This document shows, piece by piece, positions 1 through 11,751 of a stretch of DNA of 64,000 nucleotides. The stretch is taken from assembly GCA_000091205.1 (NCBI GenBank), contig AP006496.2; one strand, written 5' to 3'. Within the stretch, counting starts at the first letter, position 1. Each line of letters begins with the position of its first letter. The notes under the pieces were generated by a model. It had not been told where the DNA came from. It saw only the letters and a program-made list of their open reading frames with translations, and searched no databases. Position numbers and translations under genes: made by a program. Source of the stretch: Cyanidioschyzon merolae (taxonomy: Eukaryota).

Positions 1-1150
1 AGTTCGGCTCCGACACAGAATCCACCAACAGAGGCGAGCGAAAACGCCACATCGACGACAACGATGTCGACATCACGACCGAGCTGGAGACCGAAATGTT
101 CGCAAGCACCTCGCCCGGTTGCACCAAGAACACCCATAGAGTGGCTTTCGTCCACAAATAGACGCAAGTTGCTGTGCCGACGCCTCACCGCAGCAAACTC
201 GTCCAATCGAGCAACCATCCCTGTATTTTGATAAATGCCTTCAACGATGATGAACTGACGATGCAGAAGATTTGATCTGCTTTTCGGCTGTGTTGACTCA
301 ATGGCCACAATTTTGCGTTCCAGATCAGCGGGATCATTGTGGTGGAACCAAACAATCATTGCCCGGCTTAACTGCATGCCGTTCTGGAGAGCATAGTGTA
401 AACATTCATCAGCGAAGATAATGTCGCCCTTTTTCGCAAAGGCATTAACAATACTAGTGGAGGTGGCTGACCCGAAACTGTAAAGAATGGCCTCATGTGT
501 ACCCATGAACTTTGCAATTTCGTACTCGCAGCGTAAATGGACATCCATCGTTCCATAAAAACCGCGAGGCCCGCAAGCACCGCAGCCATACTTGAGTAGT
601 ATGCGTCTGCATGCCTCTTCGATTCGTGGTTCCCTCTGGAAGCCCAAATAATTTGCAGACGCAAAGTTCAGACATCGTTTCAGGCCGTGGTCACCGATCT
701 GGACGACACAGTACCCACCGGGCTCGTAGGCATGAACGGTGGGCGCCTCTAGCAGGTCAGATGTCTCGGTGTCTGCGAGTTCACCGCTGCCAAGGGCAAT
801 GGAAACACTCGTACGAACCAGACTTAGAGTCGCTTCGGTCGACGCGCCGTTACGTGGACTCAAAATTGCGGACTCAGTACTCGGAGGAACCAGCGCCTCG
901 GGCGTCCATTCGTCGCAGAGCGCATCGATTTCCTCTTCCGTGAGATCATCCGCGCGCGATTTCAGAGCGAACCGTGCAGCCGCGCGACTCGGCGTGCCAC
1001 GTTCGCGTCGCTGACCCGGTGCATACGCTTTTTGCAGAAAAAAATAGGCAAGAAGCAATGCAAGGCTAATTTCCAAAGCAACGTGAAAGAGAAGAAAGGA
1101 TGTAACCTTTCCCCTGAGCTCGGAGAGAACCGATGAGAGCCATGTGGGAA
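1..1150 (-). CDS. LCB1: serine palmitoyltransferase subunit LCB1 (class II aminotransferase), partial; the C-terminus runs off the window start
   Basis: Manual minus-strand translation (codon boundaries such that 698-700 is one codon) is uninterrupted from an ATG pair at 1150-1145 to position 1: MMELPTWLSS...LEISLALLLAYFFL (N-terminal TM helix)...LTEEEIDALCDEWTPEALV...QIGDHGLKRCLNFASANYLGF...LLKYGCGACGPRGFYGTMDVHLRCEYEIAKFMGTHEAILYSFGSATS...GDIIFADECLHYALQNGMQLSRA..WFHHNDPADLE..IVEGIYQNTGMVARLDEFAAVRR..LFVDESHSMGVLGATGRGACEHFGL. This is collinear with the LCB1/SPTLC1 family. It is absent from the ORF track because there is no in-window stop. Confidence 0.8.
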
Positions 1151-2689
1151 GCTCCATCATCCAAGAGAGACCGGGCTAACTGAGAGGCTGCCTGAGCCCA
1201 AAAGCCTCGTCGTCGGGGGCCCGCCTGTGCACCGTGAAAGCAGCGCAGTCGTGCCACTAGCACAACCAAAGGCCGACTCGGCAACACGCGTCACGCAAAG
1301 ACGCCACTGAAACTCTGAAGAAATGCCAATGCCTCTTCGCTATTTCTGTTTCCAGTGAAGAAACTAGAACGTTGTGTGCAACGTTGTGCCGCCACTACCA
1401 GTGAGACTCAGAGTTCCCGCCTCGCCATCCGAACCCTGAGACGCATCCAGACGTGTCAAGCCAGAAAACAGCGACGTAGTCATACTTTGTACTGAAAAGT
1501 GTCCTTTGAATCCACGCACCATCACCCGCCGCGTATCGGGTCTGAGCGCTAAAGTCTGACGGTGCTCGGCGCAACGGCAACAGATGCGTGGTCATGGCGC
1601 CGGGAGCGGCACGCCTAGTGGCGAGTCGTGCATCCGCTAATCTTGGTACCGAGCAAATGCCACTTATGAACGGGCGATCGAGTCGGTGACCACTGTAGGC
1701 CGCGCGAGCGCAGTGTTTCGGCAACAGCAGAGATAACCTCAGTTTTCAATCGGGGGATACGTGCCGGACAGGTTTGGTTGGGGTTGATTTGGGCAATTTT
1801 CGCAGAAAAGTTGGCAAGGAACACATTTCATCTGCGTGCGTTGCAGTAAACTGCAGATCGAGACAAGTCCATGCATCAGACGAGCTCTCCGGAAAGGAAA
1901 GCGATTGCAGGTAGAATCTCGTGTAGAACGATTCGCTGTGCATGCTGAGGCCGAGGACCCGCATTCGAGCCTGTGCAGGGTACGGTGCATATCGAGACGA
2001 CGATCCTGTGCGGTGTGCTCCAGGACAAGTCGGTTTCCCGTGAAGACGTACGAGCGTGATACAGTTTTACCACTCACGCACAAGATCCTATTATTGGTTA
2101 CTCCGCGAACAAATCCATACGAGACTCGGCGACCTGATCTCAGAGCCGTTTCTCATAGTGTGCAGGCAGCTAGAAATCGGCCATATATAGCGAGAGCGCA
2201 GCGAAACGGGAAATGGCCCCAGACAGGTACAATGGGTTGAGTATACGAGCTCGCTGCAGCGCAGCGTGGATCAAACGGATCTTGCGAGAAATAATATTCA
2301 TGCCACAAATCGGAAGTACAATCCGTGAATATTAATATTAGACATGGGGCATAGCATGTGCAACAGATGATGCCAAGCGCCCAGAGTTCGGAATGCGCAA
2401 GCACGGCGTTTCGCTGGGTATCCAATGCATCGAAACCTCTGGTAGGATTCGTTTACAGATCGAATTGGCGTCAGGAAGCAGAGCGCTTGCCGCCCATCAG
2501 GCCGATTTGCGAGGCGTACGACGATGGATCTGCGGGTGCTGTGCCTCTCCTGGTTCGGGGCTCCCGTTCTACTCAGAGCAGCGAATTCTGGACAAGTGTA
2601 CCATGATCCCATCTTGTTGTTGTTTGTTTTCTAGCAGGTATTGAACGCCGGCAGTGTAGAGGATTGGCGAGTGACCTGCCCCAGACGAA

Positions 2690-5150
2690 ACGTCTCCAAC
2701 TGACGTGCCGACGCCTCCGCGTCGATTTGGACCGGCCACCCACTACTGCTTTCAACTTCTTCTCATATAGTTCCACTTTGAGCGGTTATCCAACAAAGCC
2801 CTCTCGTGTCAACTCCGGGCGTCTTCGTTCCACCAGCGCATATCGCCTTAGATAGATAGCGGCGTCAAAGTCTCGGTTCACGAATTCCATCCGTTTCTTG
2901 CCATTGATTGCATACGCCAGTGCAAGCAATCCACGAACTTTTGCCCTCCTTTCCATTTGCTCCTCCGTCAGCGCTCGGTACTTTTTTATATTCTCAGGGC
3001 TCCGCTGACACTTTTCCATCTCCACTCTCTGAAGTGCACACCCCGGTTCGTGGTGTGTATACATTGTTCGGAACTCGTCTACAGGCATCGTAACAATACG
3101 CCGTGCGCACTCCTTGCACGCTCTCGTTGTTGGAGCTGGCGTAGTTCCTTTTTTGGACGCCCAGCGCCCTGCCGCATACGCTCCTACGAGCCTCTGACTC
3201 GCGTCCTATTTGAGGGCGCTCAACTCATTGAAAACGTTCGCGAATGCCCGCTGCCTCCCACAGTATAGATTCATTCGCAAACAATCACACCGGGGCTTGG
3301 TATACTCCTCCCACAGCGCATCCCAATGGGCAACATGAACTTCCATGAATTTCCGAAAAGCTCGAAAGTCCGCTCCCCGGCTCATGACCTCGCTCAAGGC
3401 TTCCAGGTGATCCTTCATTCCTGAATTCCAAGTCTCGATTTTCTTCCTTTTATCATTGTACCGGATTCGCGGTAGTATCTCGCTCGCGAGAATCTCAAGA
3501 GACGCATGTCTTTCTTACGTAAGTTACCGTCAGTACCGTCTTCCGCACGTCTGGGTGCAGCAATGGTGATGATATTCGTATTGCCAGGGTCCGCGCCAAC
3601 GACAAAGTCGTTATCCTGCACTTTCTGCGTGGCAGGATCCGCCTCCTTCTTTTCTTTCTCCTTCGTCATGTCAACGACAAGGTCGTTATCCTCCACCTCC
3701 TGCGTCGCAAGACCCGCCTCCTTCTTTTCTTCATGCTTCGTCGTGCCAACGACAAGGTCGTCATCCTGCATTTTCTGTGTCAAAGGATCCGCCTCCTTCT
3801 CATCTTCATCCTTCGCCACGTCAACGACAAAGTCGTTATCCTCCACCTCCTGCATCGCAGGATCCGACTCCTCCTTTTCTCCATCCTTCGTCACGGGCGC
3901 AGCCGAGGGCGGAACTGGCCGATCTTTCTTCAACCGCCGATAGTGTACACACAAGGCTACTCCATCGGTTTCGATCAACCCAGTGAATACCGTTTGCTTG
4001 CTCACTCTCAGACGTTTGAAATCGAAGATATTCTTCCAGTGGGTCTCCCGGTTTTCGCCGGAGAACTCCTCCCTGCTAACATCGAACTCGGGACTGATCT
4101 CTTTCATGCGGCGTCAAGGACTCTGGAGTCGATACTCACAAAATGTGACTTGAGGTTGCACACTGGAACGCCGTTGAAGCGCTTCCCCATTAGGACAGCC
4201 TTCCGTCTCTCCCACTCTTCATTTTTTCGCCTCTCAGCTTCATCTCCGCCTTGCGTTCGAGTTCTAGATCCAAAAACAAGAAATAGCGCAGAATGTGGCG
4301 ATACCATCTTTCCTTATCTTTTTTCAACTCTGATATCTTTTCTATTGGGTTCGCCAACCCCAGAACCGCACGGCGCTCTTGAATAGCCGCGCGGATTATA
4401 GAATCTTCATTCGTGCTCTCTTTTGACACCTTCTTGTCAACGAATTCGACCTCATTTTCACGCTTGCAATCGTTCGTGATGCCACTGATAATCACCCATT
4501 TTCCTTTGCGAGACAGGCCCGTGTAGAGCGCAAACACGGCGCGTATCATAAAACGTTCCAGGGTCATTGTAGAATGGTTCTTCAGATTCTTGAGGTATTT
4601 CATCGCTCCGTGTGTGTAAATATCCCGGTCACCCTTGTATCGAGTACCGTTGAAGCTCTAGAAGGGGTATGTTTTTGTGGAGGGCATGCACTAGCTCATT
4701 TTCCCGCCGCGCTTCCCCTGTACAAAGCGTCAGGCGTCGAATAAAGGTCATGTGGAAAAACCAGTCCGGAACCTCGCCTATTTTGATGTCCGTAACGTCA
4801 TCGTACATCTCCCTCGCCGCATGCATCAGTTCTAAAAAAGCCTTACGAACAGTCCTGGATTACAATTCGACACTGTTTCTGATGGCCTCTTGCAACTTTT
4901 GCCTGCACGGATCCTTGATGTGGCGTAGAAAACAGGCTTTCATCATCCTCTCATCTTACTGGTGTCTCACTTCTAGCTCCTTCTCGCCATGCCATGCCGT
5001 ACTCGTGCATGGAACAAGGCCCCCAGCGATTGTAGACGCTCCGAAAGCAGCATCGCGTGTTTCTAAGCATGTCAAGTTATGGCCTGGATCGCGTTTCCCA
5101 GCAACGGCGAGATGCGCGTTTTGTCCGGTTGTTGCCAGATCTCCAGGCGC
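2690..5150 (-). mobile_element. Fanzor/TnpB-like element copy F1 (degenerate; ORF broken into at least 5 pieces by frameshifts)
   Basis: Minus-strand ORF pieces 2786..3088 (RuvC-III NRDFDAAIY, RGLLAL), 3206..3418, 3415..4107 (Ruv[19 protein letters not shown] preceded by 4 x 25-aa acidic repeats), 4190..4603 and 4629..4826 (N-terminal domain) are collinear with the 750-aa consensus from copies F3/F5. The 3' noncoding tail is truncated relative to other copies. The 5' UTR motif ggatcgcgtttccc..gatctcc lies at 5085-5150. Confidence 0.7.
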
Positions 5151-5383
5151 CAAGAACAAGACACTTCGACGGACAGCGCATCGCAACGACGATTCCGCGC
5201 TCGATGCATCAACGGCGACGAGAACAGCAGCTGCGGCGGCGGCGGAGGCGGCGCGACGGCGACACAGCGCGATCGGCTCAGATGGTTAATACGAGCTGCA
5301 GGATCAATTCTGACAAGTTGAAGGGAACACTCTCTATCACCAATCACAGAGGCAAAACCCATAACAAGATAAAGTCTTAGTCA

Positions 5384-6304
5384 ATGCAATATATATTGAA
5401 AGCACTCCTGTGCATACTCACGGTTATTGCCGTCGTAAGCAGTTGCAGCAACGGATTTCTGATCCCTCGGGCGGCCAGAGACGCAGCGGTGCGGGAGGAC
5501 GGCGCACCACGGCAAGCTGCTTTCGCTGGATATCGCTGGCTCCCCGAAGAGGAGCACAGTCTTCAGCACCTGGTGGAACGTGGACAGGTCTATGTCACGC
5601 AGTCGAAACCCCAAGCCACAAAGACTGTCGAGCCTTTGGTAACACCGAAGGCCACCGCGCTAGCAATAGCTACAAAAAAGGCAACGAAGAAACCAGAAAA
5701 AGTGCAGAAGGTCAAGAAAACAGTCGTCGTGACAGCTCCCCCGAAAGTCATTGTCAAGCCGACCGAGGTCGTCGTGACAGTTACAGCGGTTGCTACGGTC
5801 ACGAAGACACCGACGCCGACTCCCGTGCATGTCACAGTGACGGCTCTCGCAACTGAGGCTGTTACGGTGACCGCGTCCGTAGCAGTCGCAGCAGTATCAG
5901 TGACGCAAACACCCATACCGCAAAAAGTTATCTGCCGTTTTTGGATGAAAAATTGTAATATTCAGGAAATCAATCGGCAGATATGCTTCACGGGCGAGAA
6001 CATTGACCAGTTTACGTGTGAACAGATTGGTTGCTGCTGGCAACCTATCAAGTCGCAGAAGGCGCCCACGTGCTATCGAGCGATCTGGGCTCCGGTCTGC
6101 AATCTCCAATGTAACTTTCAGGCCTATCTTACCGGCGGCCAGGGCGTCTCTGAGACGCCGCTCGTTAAAGCAACGAGCGCGAAGACGGACTCCACGAGCG
6201 ATGCGCCGTCTGGCAGCTCGAATACAACCCAGACCAGCCAGTTGAGCAGTGGGAACGTGTTTTCTGGACTGCAGAATGCACTCAGCGGTCTTCCATCGTC
6301 ATAG
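5384..6304 (+). CDS. secreted Thr/Val/Lys-rich mucin-like protein with C-terminal trefoil (P-type)-like cysteine domain
   Basis: N-terminal signal peptide MQYILKALLCILTVIAVVSSCS. Low-complexity TVTAVATVTKTPTPTP repeats. C-terminal CRFWMKNCNIQEINRQICFTGENIDQFTCEQIGCCWQP matches the trefoil pattern C-x-R-x2-C-(G/F)-x-G-x-(I/T)-x2-Q-C-x3-GCC(W/F)(D/Q). Confidence 0.55.
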   Translation: MQYILKALLCILTVIAVVSSCSNGFLIPRAARDAAVREDGAPRQAAFAGYRWLPEEEHSLQHLVERGQVYVTQSKPQATKTVEPLVTPKATALAIATKKATKKPEKVQKVKKTVVVTAPPKVIVKPTEVVVTVTAVATVTKTPTPTPVHVTVTALATEAVTVTASVAVAAVSVTQTPIPQKVICRFWMKNCNIQEINRQICFTGENIDQFTCEQIGCCWQPIKSQKAPTCYRAIWAPVCNLQCNFQAYLTGGQGVSETPLVKATSAKTDSTSDAPSGSSNTTQTSQLSSGNVFSGLQNALSGLPSS

Positions 6305-6921
6305 AGCATGTGAGGTGGAGCGCCGCCTGCTCGATGGATAGATCAGTGCACACAAGGCAATAGCGGGTAGGGATCCACAGGAGGCGACGGCTGGGCGCCA
6401 CTTGCGGTGTGTTACCCCGGGCACCAGCAGATTGGGTAGTGACCTTTCCGTAAAACCAGCGTTTCGGAACAATCCAACCGACGCATTGGCATAATCTTTG
6501 GCTTTAGGACGTCTCGAATGAGGTTTAAATTTGTGTTTAGCAGTACCTTGGTACGAAATAAGCATGCATCCTCCGCGGACGAGTGCTCTCGTTCACGACT
6601 AGCTTGTTCGTTGAGTGGTATGGACGCATTTTTCGTCCAACTTTATAACTTTGCCTGCATTGCTCTTGAACCTGTCCTGCCTATTGAACTTCATGAAAGC
6701 AAGTTGCGTTACGAGCACAGCAACGCGGCGCTCGCACTGGCCCCGGTTCAGCGTTGCCGCTGGCAATAGAGCCGCACCATTGCGGGCAGGGTACGCGGCG
6801 CTGCGGCCCGCGTCACGATACCCACCGTTCTCCTCCGAAACGAAACACCGTCCAGGGACAGTACACGACGCTTCACGAACGTCTCCGCGAAAAGCGTCCC
6901 TGTGTGTGCAATCTTTCGACG

Positions 6922-8382
6922 ATGAGTGCTCAGATCCTTGCCCGAGTTGCTCGATCGGTGCATGTGCTATCGAAATCAGGTCAATGGTGGTACCTCGAAG
7001 CCCTCGTACCGCAGCGTCACTTTCGGAGGTGCTTTGCTGCAGCGAGCGCAGAGCTTCCGCCTCACATCAAGCTCCGTATGCCGGCTCTATCACCGACGAT
7101 GAAAGAGGGAAACCTGGTAAACTGGGTGAAAAAGGAGGGCGAACAGGTCTCGGCGGGCGACGTTCTTGCCGAAATTGAAACGGACAAGGCTACAGTGGAG
7201 TTTGAGTCTCAGGACGAAGGCATTCTGGCCAAGATTTTGGTGCCTGCTGGAACACAGAACGTTCCAGTGGGAACTCTTATTGCACTGCTGGCGGAAGAAG
7301 AAGCCGACGTTGCAAAACTTAGGGAAGCGCCTATTGAACCTGGAGAGAGCGAAGCGGCTTCTGTGAAGAAGCTGGAAACGCCGGCGCCGGAACAGCAGCC
7401 GGCTGAGGAAACCCCCCGAGCACCCGCAGAGGCGCGTACGGTTACCGCTCACGGGGGTGGCCCAGCTAAGCCTCGCACTGAGGCATCCAGAAACGAGACA
7501 TCGAGTGCTCCCAGTCGAGCCACGCCTGAGCCAGACTCGCGTCGTGCGCAGGTAGACGCGAGTCGGCATGCCGCGGATTCGACGGCGGCTCAGCGGCTCA
7601 AGGCTTCACCGTATGCACGGAAGCTTGCAGAGGAAAGCGGTGTTGATCTGTCCAGGGTGCAGGGATCGGGGCCCGACGGCCGCATTGTGGCTGCTGACCT
7701 CGAAGCCGCGCTCCGAACAGCAACACGACAAACCGTGCAGCAGCTACCCCTGGATCTGTTCGTTGAATCGAAGCGTACGATTCCGCACTACCAACTCGTG
7801 TCTGAAGTTCGACTGGACAGCGCGCAAGCTTGGCTGACTGCGCTCCAGAAGAAGCAAGAGCGTTCCACGGACGATGCTCTCGAACTGGAGGATTTCCTTG
7901 TCAAAGCACTGGCGACGGCTGCGCAACGTGTACCGTCGGTGAATGCGTCCTTTATGGGATCGAGCATCCGCGAGTATGCAAATGTCAATGTGCTGGTGCT
8001 CCCGAGCGACCCGAATTCGATGTACCGCGTGATACCAAATGCGCAAGCGATCGGTCTACGGGAAATTCACCGCATACGAACTGGTGGAGGTTCGGAACAA
8101 ACCCGCGAGAATGATGCCACCGATCTGGGCACCATCGGGTTTTCGCTGAATACCCACGTCTTACAAGAGATGGCAATCATTATCCCCCCGCATGCTGCGA
8201 TAGTGGTCTTCGGGAAACCAGATCAACGTGTGATCGCCGGCTCAAATGGAACGTTCGAAATCGGGACCTTCGCCCTGGTGACGGCTTCTTTTGATCACCG
8301 CGTTGTCGATGGTGCTGTTGGCGCTCAGTTCATGGCGCATCTCGCGGAGTATACGCGAGATCCCCTGTCGATGCTCGAGTAG
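6922..8382 (+). CDS. DLAT: dihydrolipoamide acetyltransferase, E2 of the pyruvate dehydrogenase complex (mitochondrial)
   Basis: Starting from the internal ATG at 6922: a presequence-like MSAQILARVARSVHVLSK, then the lipoyl domain MPALSPTMKEGNLVNWVKKEGEQVSAGDVLAEIETDKATVEFESQDEGILAKILV, an Ala/Pro/Glu linker, the E3-binding domain KASPYARKLAEESGVDLSRVQGSGPDGRIVAADLE, and a catalytic domain ending FDHRVVDGAVGAQFMAHLAEYTRDP. The ORF track extends 56 codons upstream (6754), which is probably untranslated. Confidence 0.8.
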   Translation: MSAQILARVARSVHVLSKSGQWWYLEALVPQRHFRRCFAAASAELPPHIKLRMPALSPTMKEGNLVNWVKKEGEQVSAGDVLAEIETDKATVEFESQDEGILAKILVPAGTQNVPVGTLIALLAEEEADVAKLREAPIEPGESEAASVKKLETPAPEQQPAEETPRAPAEARTVTAHGGGPAKPRTEASRNETSSAPSRATPEPDSRRAQVDASRHAADSTAAQRLKASPYARKLAEESGVDLSRVQGSGPDGRIVAADLEAALRTATRQTVQQLPLDLFVESKRTIPHYQLVSEVRLDSAQAWLTALQKKQERSTDDALELEDFLVKALATAAQRVPSVNASFMGSSIREYANVNVLVLPSDPNSMYRVIPNAQAIGLREIHRIRTGGGSEQTRENDATDLGTIGFSLNTHVLQEMAIIIPPHAAIVVFGKPDQRVIAGSNGTFEIGTFALVTASFDHRVVDGAVGAQFMAHLAEYTRDPLSMLE

Positions 8383-9333
8383 ATCGTGCGGGGACTCGCA
8401 CACGAGGACTACCACCCTCTCCACGGCATTCACAGCGGCGTATTCGCGCCTTGCATGGGTTCAGAGTGCCAGCTGCCGGGGCCGGTGTACATGATCCGAT
8501 CCTAGGCGAAGTACTCGGCCATCGGTACATCACGATGAACCGGTCGAGTGCGAGCTGCGCGGCTATGTCCATCGAAGGCACGGTGGCAAGCAGGTGTTCT
8601 CACGGTGTCGATTCGAGGCGTCAAAAGAGCTGCGCTCGGGTGTGCGAGTGCTGCCTTTACTCACGGAAGGGATGAACGCTATCTCCAATTGTGGCCACGT
8701 TCAAGAAAAAAACTCCACGGCAGTGTTCACGTCATGACTGCAAAAAAGATCGATTCAGCGGGTTTGGGGGTGCTGGTCACGAAGGATCGGCGCTGGGTAC
8801 AGTACGCGCGGGGCATATTGCTGGAGATCTGCTCAAAGGCCGATTGGTATCCAGCCCCAAGAAGATGGTGCATGTGTGCGCATAGCGCGTCCGCTGCGTG
8901 TCGCTACGCGGATTCACGACGGATAGCTGAACAAGCCCAGTGCTACTCTTATATTAGATCTCTATCTCTGGTGGTGTTGGAAGTGTGCATTGAAAGTTCG
9001 ACCCGTCGCCACGCTGATCGATATACCGAGTCTGTAGCTAGAGCTCGCATGCCGAAGGGTCGCCAGATCCCGGAAAATGCCCCGGAAACCGCGGAATCAA
9101 TACAGAATGAGGTAGGCGACCATCAGGCACTGCTGCTTTATCCTGCCGAACACGGACGATGTTCGCGCGAGACGGCATGCTGCAACAAGTAATCTGGTAT
9201 GGTTCGCAGCGTACCGGATTGGATTCTGGATTCATAGCATGAGCGACGCCGGCTGCCGCGGTACTCGGGGGAACAACGCGTACCACGCGGTGCCACAGGT
9301 TCCCAAAGCGCTCATTCATCCGCGAGCATTGAT

Positions 9334-10626
9334 TTACAGTGTGGTATCGAATGCGTGAACGCGGAGGTCTTTTCGACGATCGCGCTGCGCAGCCGCTTCG
9401 ATAAAGGACGCCCAGGTGTCCACCATTCGTAAAGCGTCCTGCAGAACGACGCCCAAAGAATCGGGCGGAAGCACTTTGTCTCCGTGCCCGATAAAACCGG
9501 TAATACAAAGCGCTGTGTCCATGCCCGCTGCTCGCAATTTGGCGTACAAAAGCTCGGCTTCCGATACCGGGACGACTTCGTCAAATTTTCCGTGCACGAG
9601 AACAACTCGACTACAACGCAAATCGTGGACATACTCGACTGGACTCAGGATGCGCATCAGATGCGCGGTCTCCGCCATGACGCGCTCGGCGATGTGCATC
9701 CGGTACGGGACGTCATTCTGGAGGCGCCAGTACGTGGACGCCACCTCTGCATCGACCTGTGCGAGGTATCCGGGGAGCGCCTCGGCAGCAGTGCCCCTTC
9801 GCAAAAAGTGATTGTCATGAATAGCTAAATAGAAAGCATGTTTCAGGGCATCGTTCGGACCCAGAGCGTATTCCACAAAGTTATAGAACATGACGTTGCG
9901 CCCGTAATCGTCCGCATCGGGCGGAAGCTTGAGGATTTCCTCGCTCACCGTGGCGGTGCTCGCGAAACCGCCCACAATGCAGATAGCTTTAATCCTGTCT
10001 CGGATGCTCGGACGCGTCGCAGCAATCAAGGACATGGCACCGCTTATGGACGCGCCAAAGAGACTCAGTCGACCATCGGGGCAGAGTTCACGCTGCCGTG
10101 TCAGGTTCAGAACGAGCTGCTCGATCTGGTCGACTCCCGATGGCTGTACGAGCAGCTGTTCCAATGCCGGAACGTTCGGCATAAACACATCGAAGCCAAT
10201 AGCCGCGAACGCCTTGGCGACGTGTTCCAGACGAGGGTCGAATGCGCCTCGCGGATTAATGCCGTGGACGACAACCAGCGTACCACGCGTGCTTTTCAAG
10301 CGCCGGAACCGTCGGACGAGGCTATTCAGCTGGAGCTTCGTCTCCACGACCTGAGGAAAGCGCTCGAGCGCGAGGCGTGCAAACAGTTCTGCGGATAACA
10401 GACGCGCAGACCAGTCCTGCCAGAGGCGCCTCGTAGCTTGTGGCAACGGCACCAGGCGCGTGCTTGCAGACCTCAGTGATAGTGCGCGAAGACGCGGCGC
10501 TTGTACTGGAGGTCTTTGTGGTTTGCCCGCACACCAAGCGCTCCGGCGCTTTCGGCGTAAATTTGGCACCGCTGGTACAAACATGAAGCTTTTCCCTGCA
10601 GACCAATACCGACAATACCGTCTCAA
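9334..10626 (-). CDS. alpha/beta-hydrolase fold protein (putative serine hydrolase), function unknown
   Basis: 430-aa ORF with VVVHGINPRGAF...GFDVF, a nucleophile elbow GASISG (GxSxG) and a C-terminal VLVHGKFDEVV...GHGD typical of alpha/beta hydrolases. The N-terminal ~80 aa are Arg-rich, so the start is uncertain. Confidence 0.45.
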   Translation of the reverse strand: MRRYCRYWSAGKSFMFVPAVPNLRRKRRSAWCAGKPQRPPVQAPRLRALSLRSASTRLVPLPQATRRLWQDWSARLLSAELFARLALERFPQVVETKLQLNSLVRRFRRLKSTRGTLVVVHGINPRGAFDPRLEHVAKAFAAIGFDVFMPNVPALEQLLVQPSGVDQIEQLVLNLTRQRELCPDGRLSLFGASISGAMSLIAATRPSIRDRIKAICIVGGFASTATVSEEILKLPPDADDYGRNVMFYNFVEYALGPNDALKHAFYLAIHDNHFLRRGTAAEALPGYLAQVDAEVASTYWRLQNDVPYRMHIAERVMAETAHLMRILSPVEYVHDLRCSRVVLVHGKFDEVVPVSEAELLYAKLRAAGMDTALCITGFIGHGDKVLPPDSLGVVLQDALRMVDTWASFIEAAAQRDRRKDLRVHAFDTTL

Positions 10627-11751
10627 ACAACGAAATTAACGTCCAGGGGCATTTGTATACTATAGAGCGTGAATGCCCTATGTGCTGATTGCGCGATCGA
10701 GGGCGCGCGCACGATACGAACGGATTCGGGAGCGCGCCGCATCCGGGCTCGTCCAGTCAGGGATATTCTGTGGCGCAGCGCGTGGGTATATTTTATACAT
10801 ATATGTTCTAATAGGATCATAGAGGCCTACTTGGCGAACTTGGGTGTCCACGCTCAGAACTTGGTCTCTTCGGAATCGTATGCAGTCCAGCTTTTGCAAA
10901 TGCTTCGGCTTCCCCGTGCTCAAAATTCGTTTTTTAAATACGCTGAGCTATTGGTCTAGACCAGTTGTCAATTGTCGAAGGAGGCTACTGGTAACGCTAG
11001 CATCCAGAGTTCGGAACTATCGGCCGCTCGTGAAATACGTGACCAACAACAGCGGGAAGCATCTGAGCCCGGACTTTAGCCCAGCCAACAACATCCTTCG
11101 CCCATTGACAATGAAGGTCGAGAGCAGGCGAAGAATGGCGTGTTCAAAGCCGAGGATAATTGAGAGGGTATGGAAGCAGTCGCAGAAAATGCCCGCAAAG
11201 GCTGGTGTTGATGTATTCTGGGAGCGAGCCAGGCTGCAGGCTTCTCACTCGAGTTACCCATGCATACTCCTTGGATTATAGCCTATCATGGGTGTAACCT
11301 TGCGCACCCGTGCGGCATATCGCGCGTTCCGCCTCGAGCGCAACATTCTATAGAGAAGCACGTCAGCACATGCGCCATGGATGCCAGGTCGCGCAGTGGG
11401 GCGTGCGCGCCCGCCCCTGTGTCGCTCTTGCCGGCCAGCAGCATGTCCCAGGGTGACGCGCTCAGGCAAGCGGGCATCCCTGGAAAGCGACTAGGCACGG
11501 TTATCGCCGAGACATGCAGCTCACACCTCGAGCAGGCAGCACATAGACTAGATTCAGGACTAACCTTTAAAAAATAGTCGTTCCTTCAATATCCTCGCTG
11601 GCAACGAATCTCGAGCTGCAAATCTCCGCCAATAGCCCGATTCTTCTCATCCAATGGTCAAAAGATCCGCCGAGACACAAACCTGGTACTGCTGTGACGA
11701 AGTAAGACATGATCAACATGGAAACTGCCTGGCTGCCGCCAGGCAGCCATC

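Noticed and set aside
3506-4386. Long plus-strand ORFs (3506..3943, 3733..4386, and equivalents 14795..15205, 26631..27329, 55603..56055) inside Fanzor copies
   Set aside because: They are antisense to the conserved nuclease reading frame. They are Ser/Thr/Cys-rich low-complexity translations of the acidic VNTR and appear only because the sense strand is coding.
2690-5150. Terminal inverted repeats or target-site duplications bounding the Fanzor elements
   Set aside because: Comparing the 5' ends (..gcgctcaccgagcgc) and 3' ends (..gacgttcgacttttaaggcg) of F3, F4 and F5 showed no convincing inverted repeat and no obvious short direct duplication at the flanks. This fits IS200/IS605-like (TIR-less) behaviour but could not be verified by eye.
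8548-9192. 214-aa plus-strand ORF between PDH-E2 and the hydrolase gene
   Set aside because: Cys/Arg-rich with no recognisable motif and overlapped by ORFs in other frames. It is kept as unannotated intergenic sequence.
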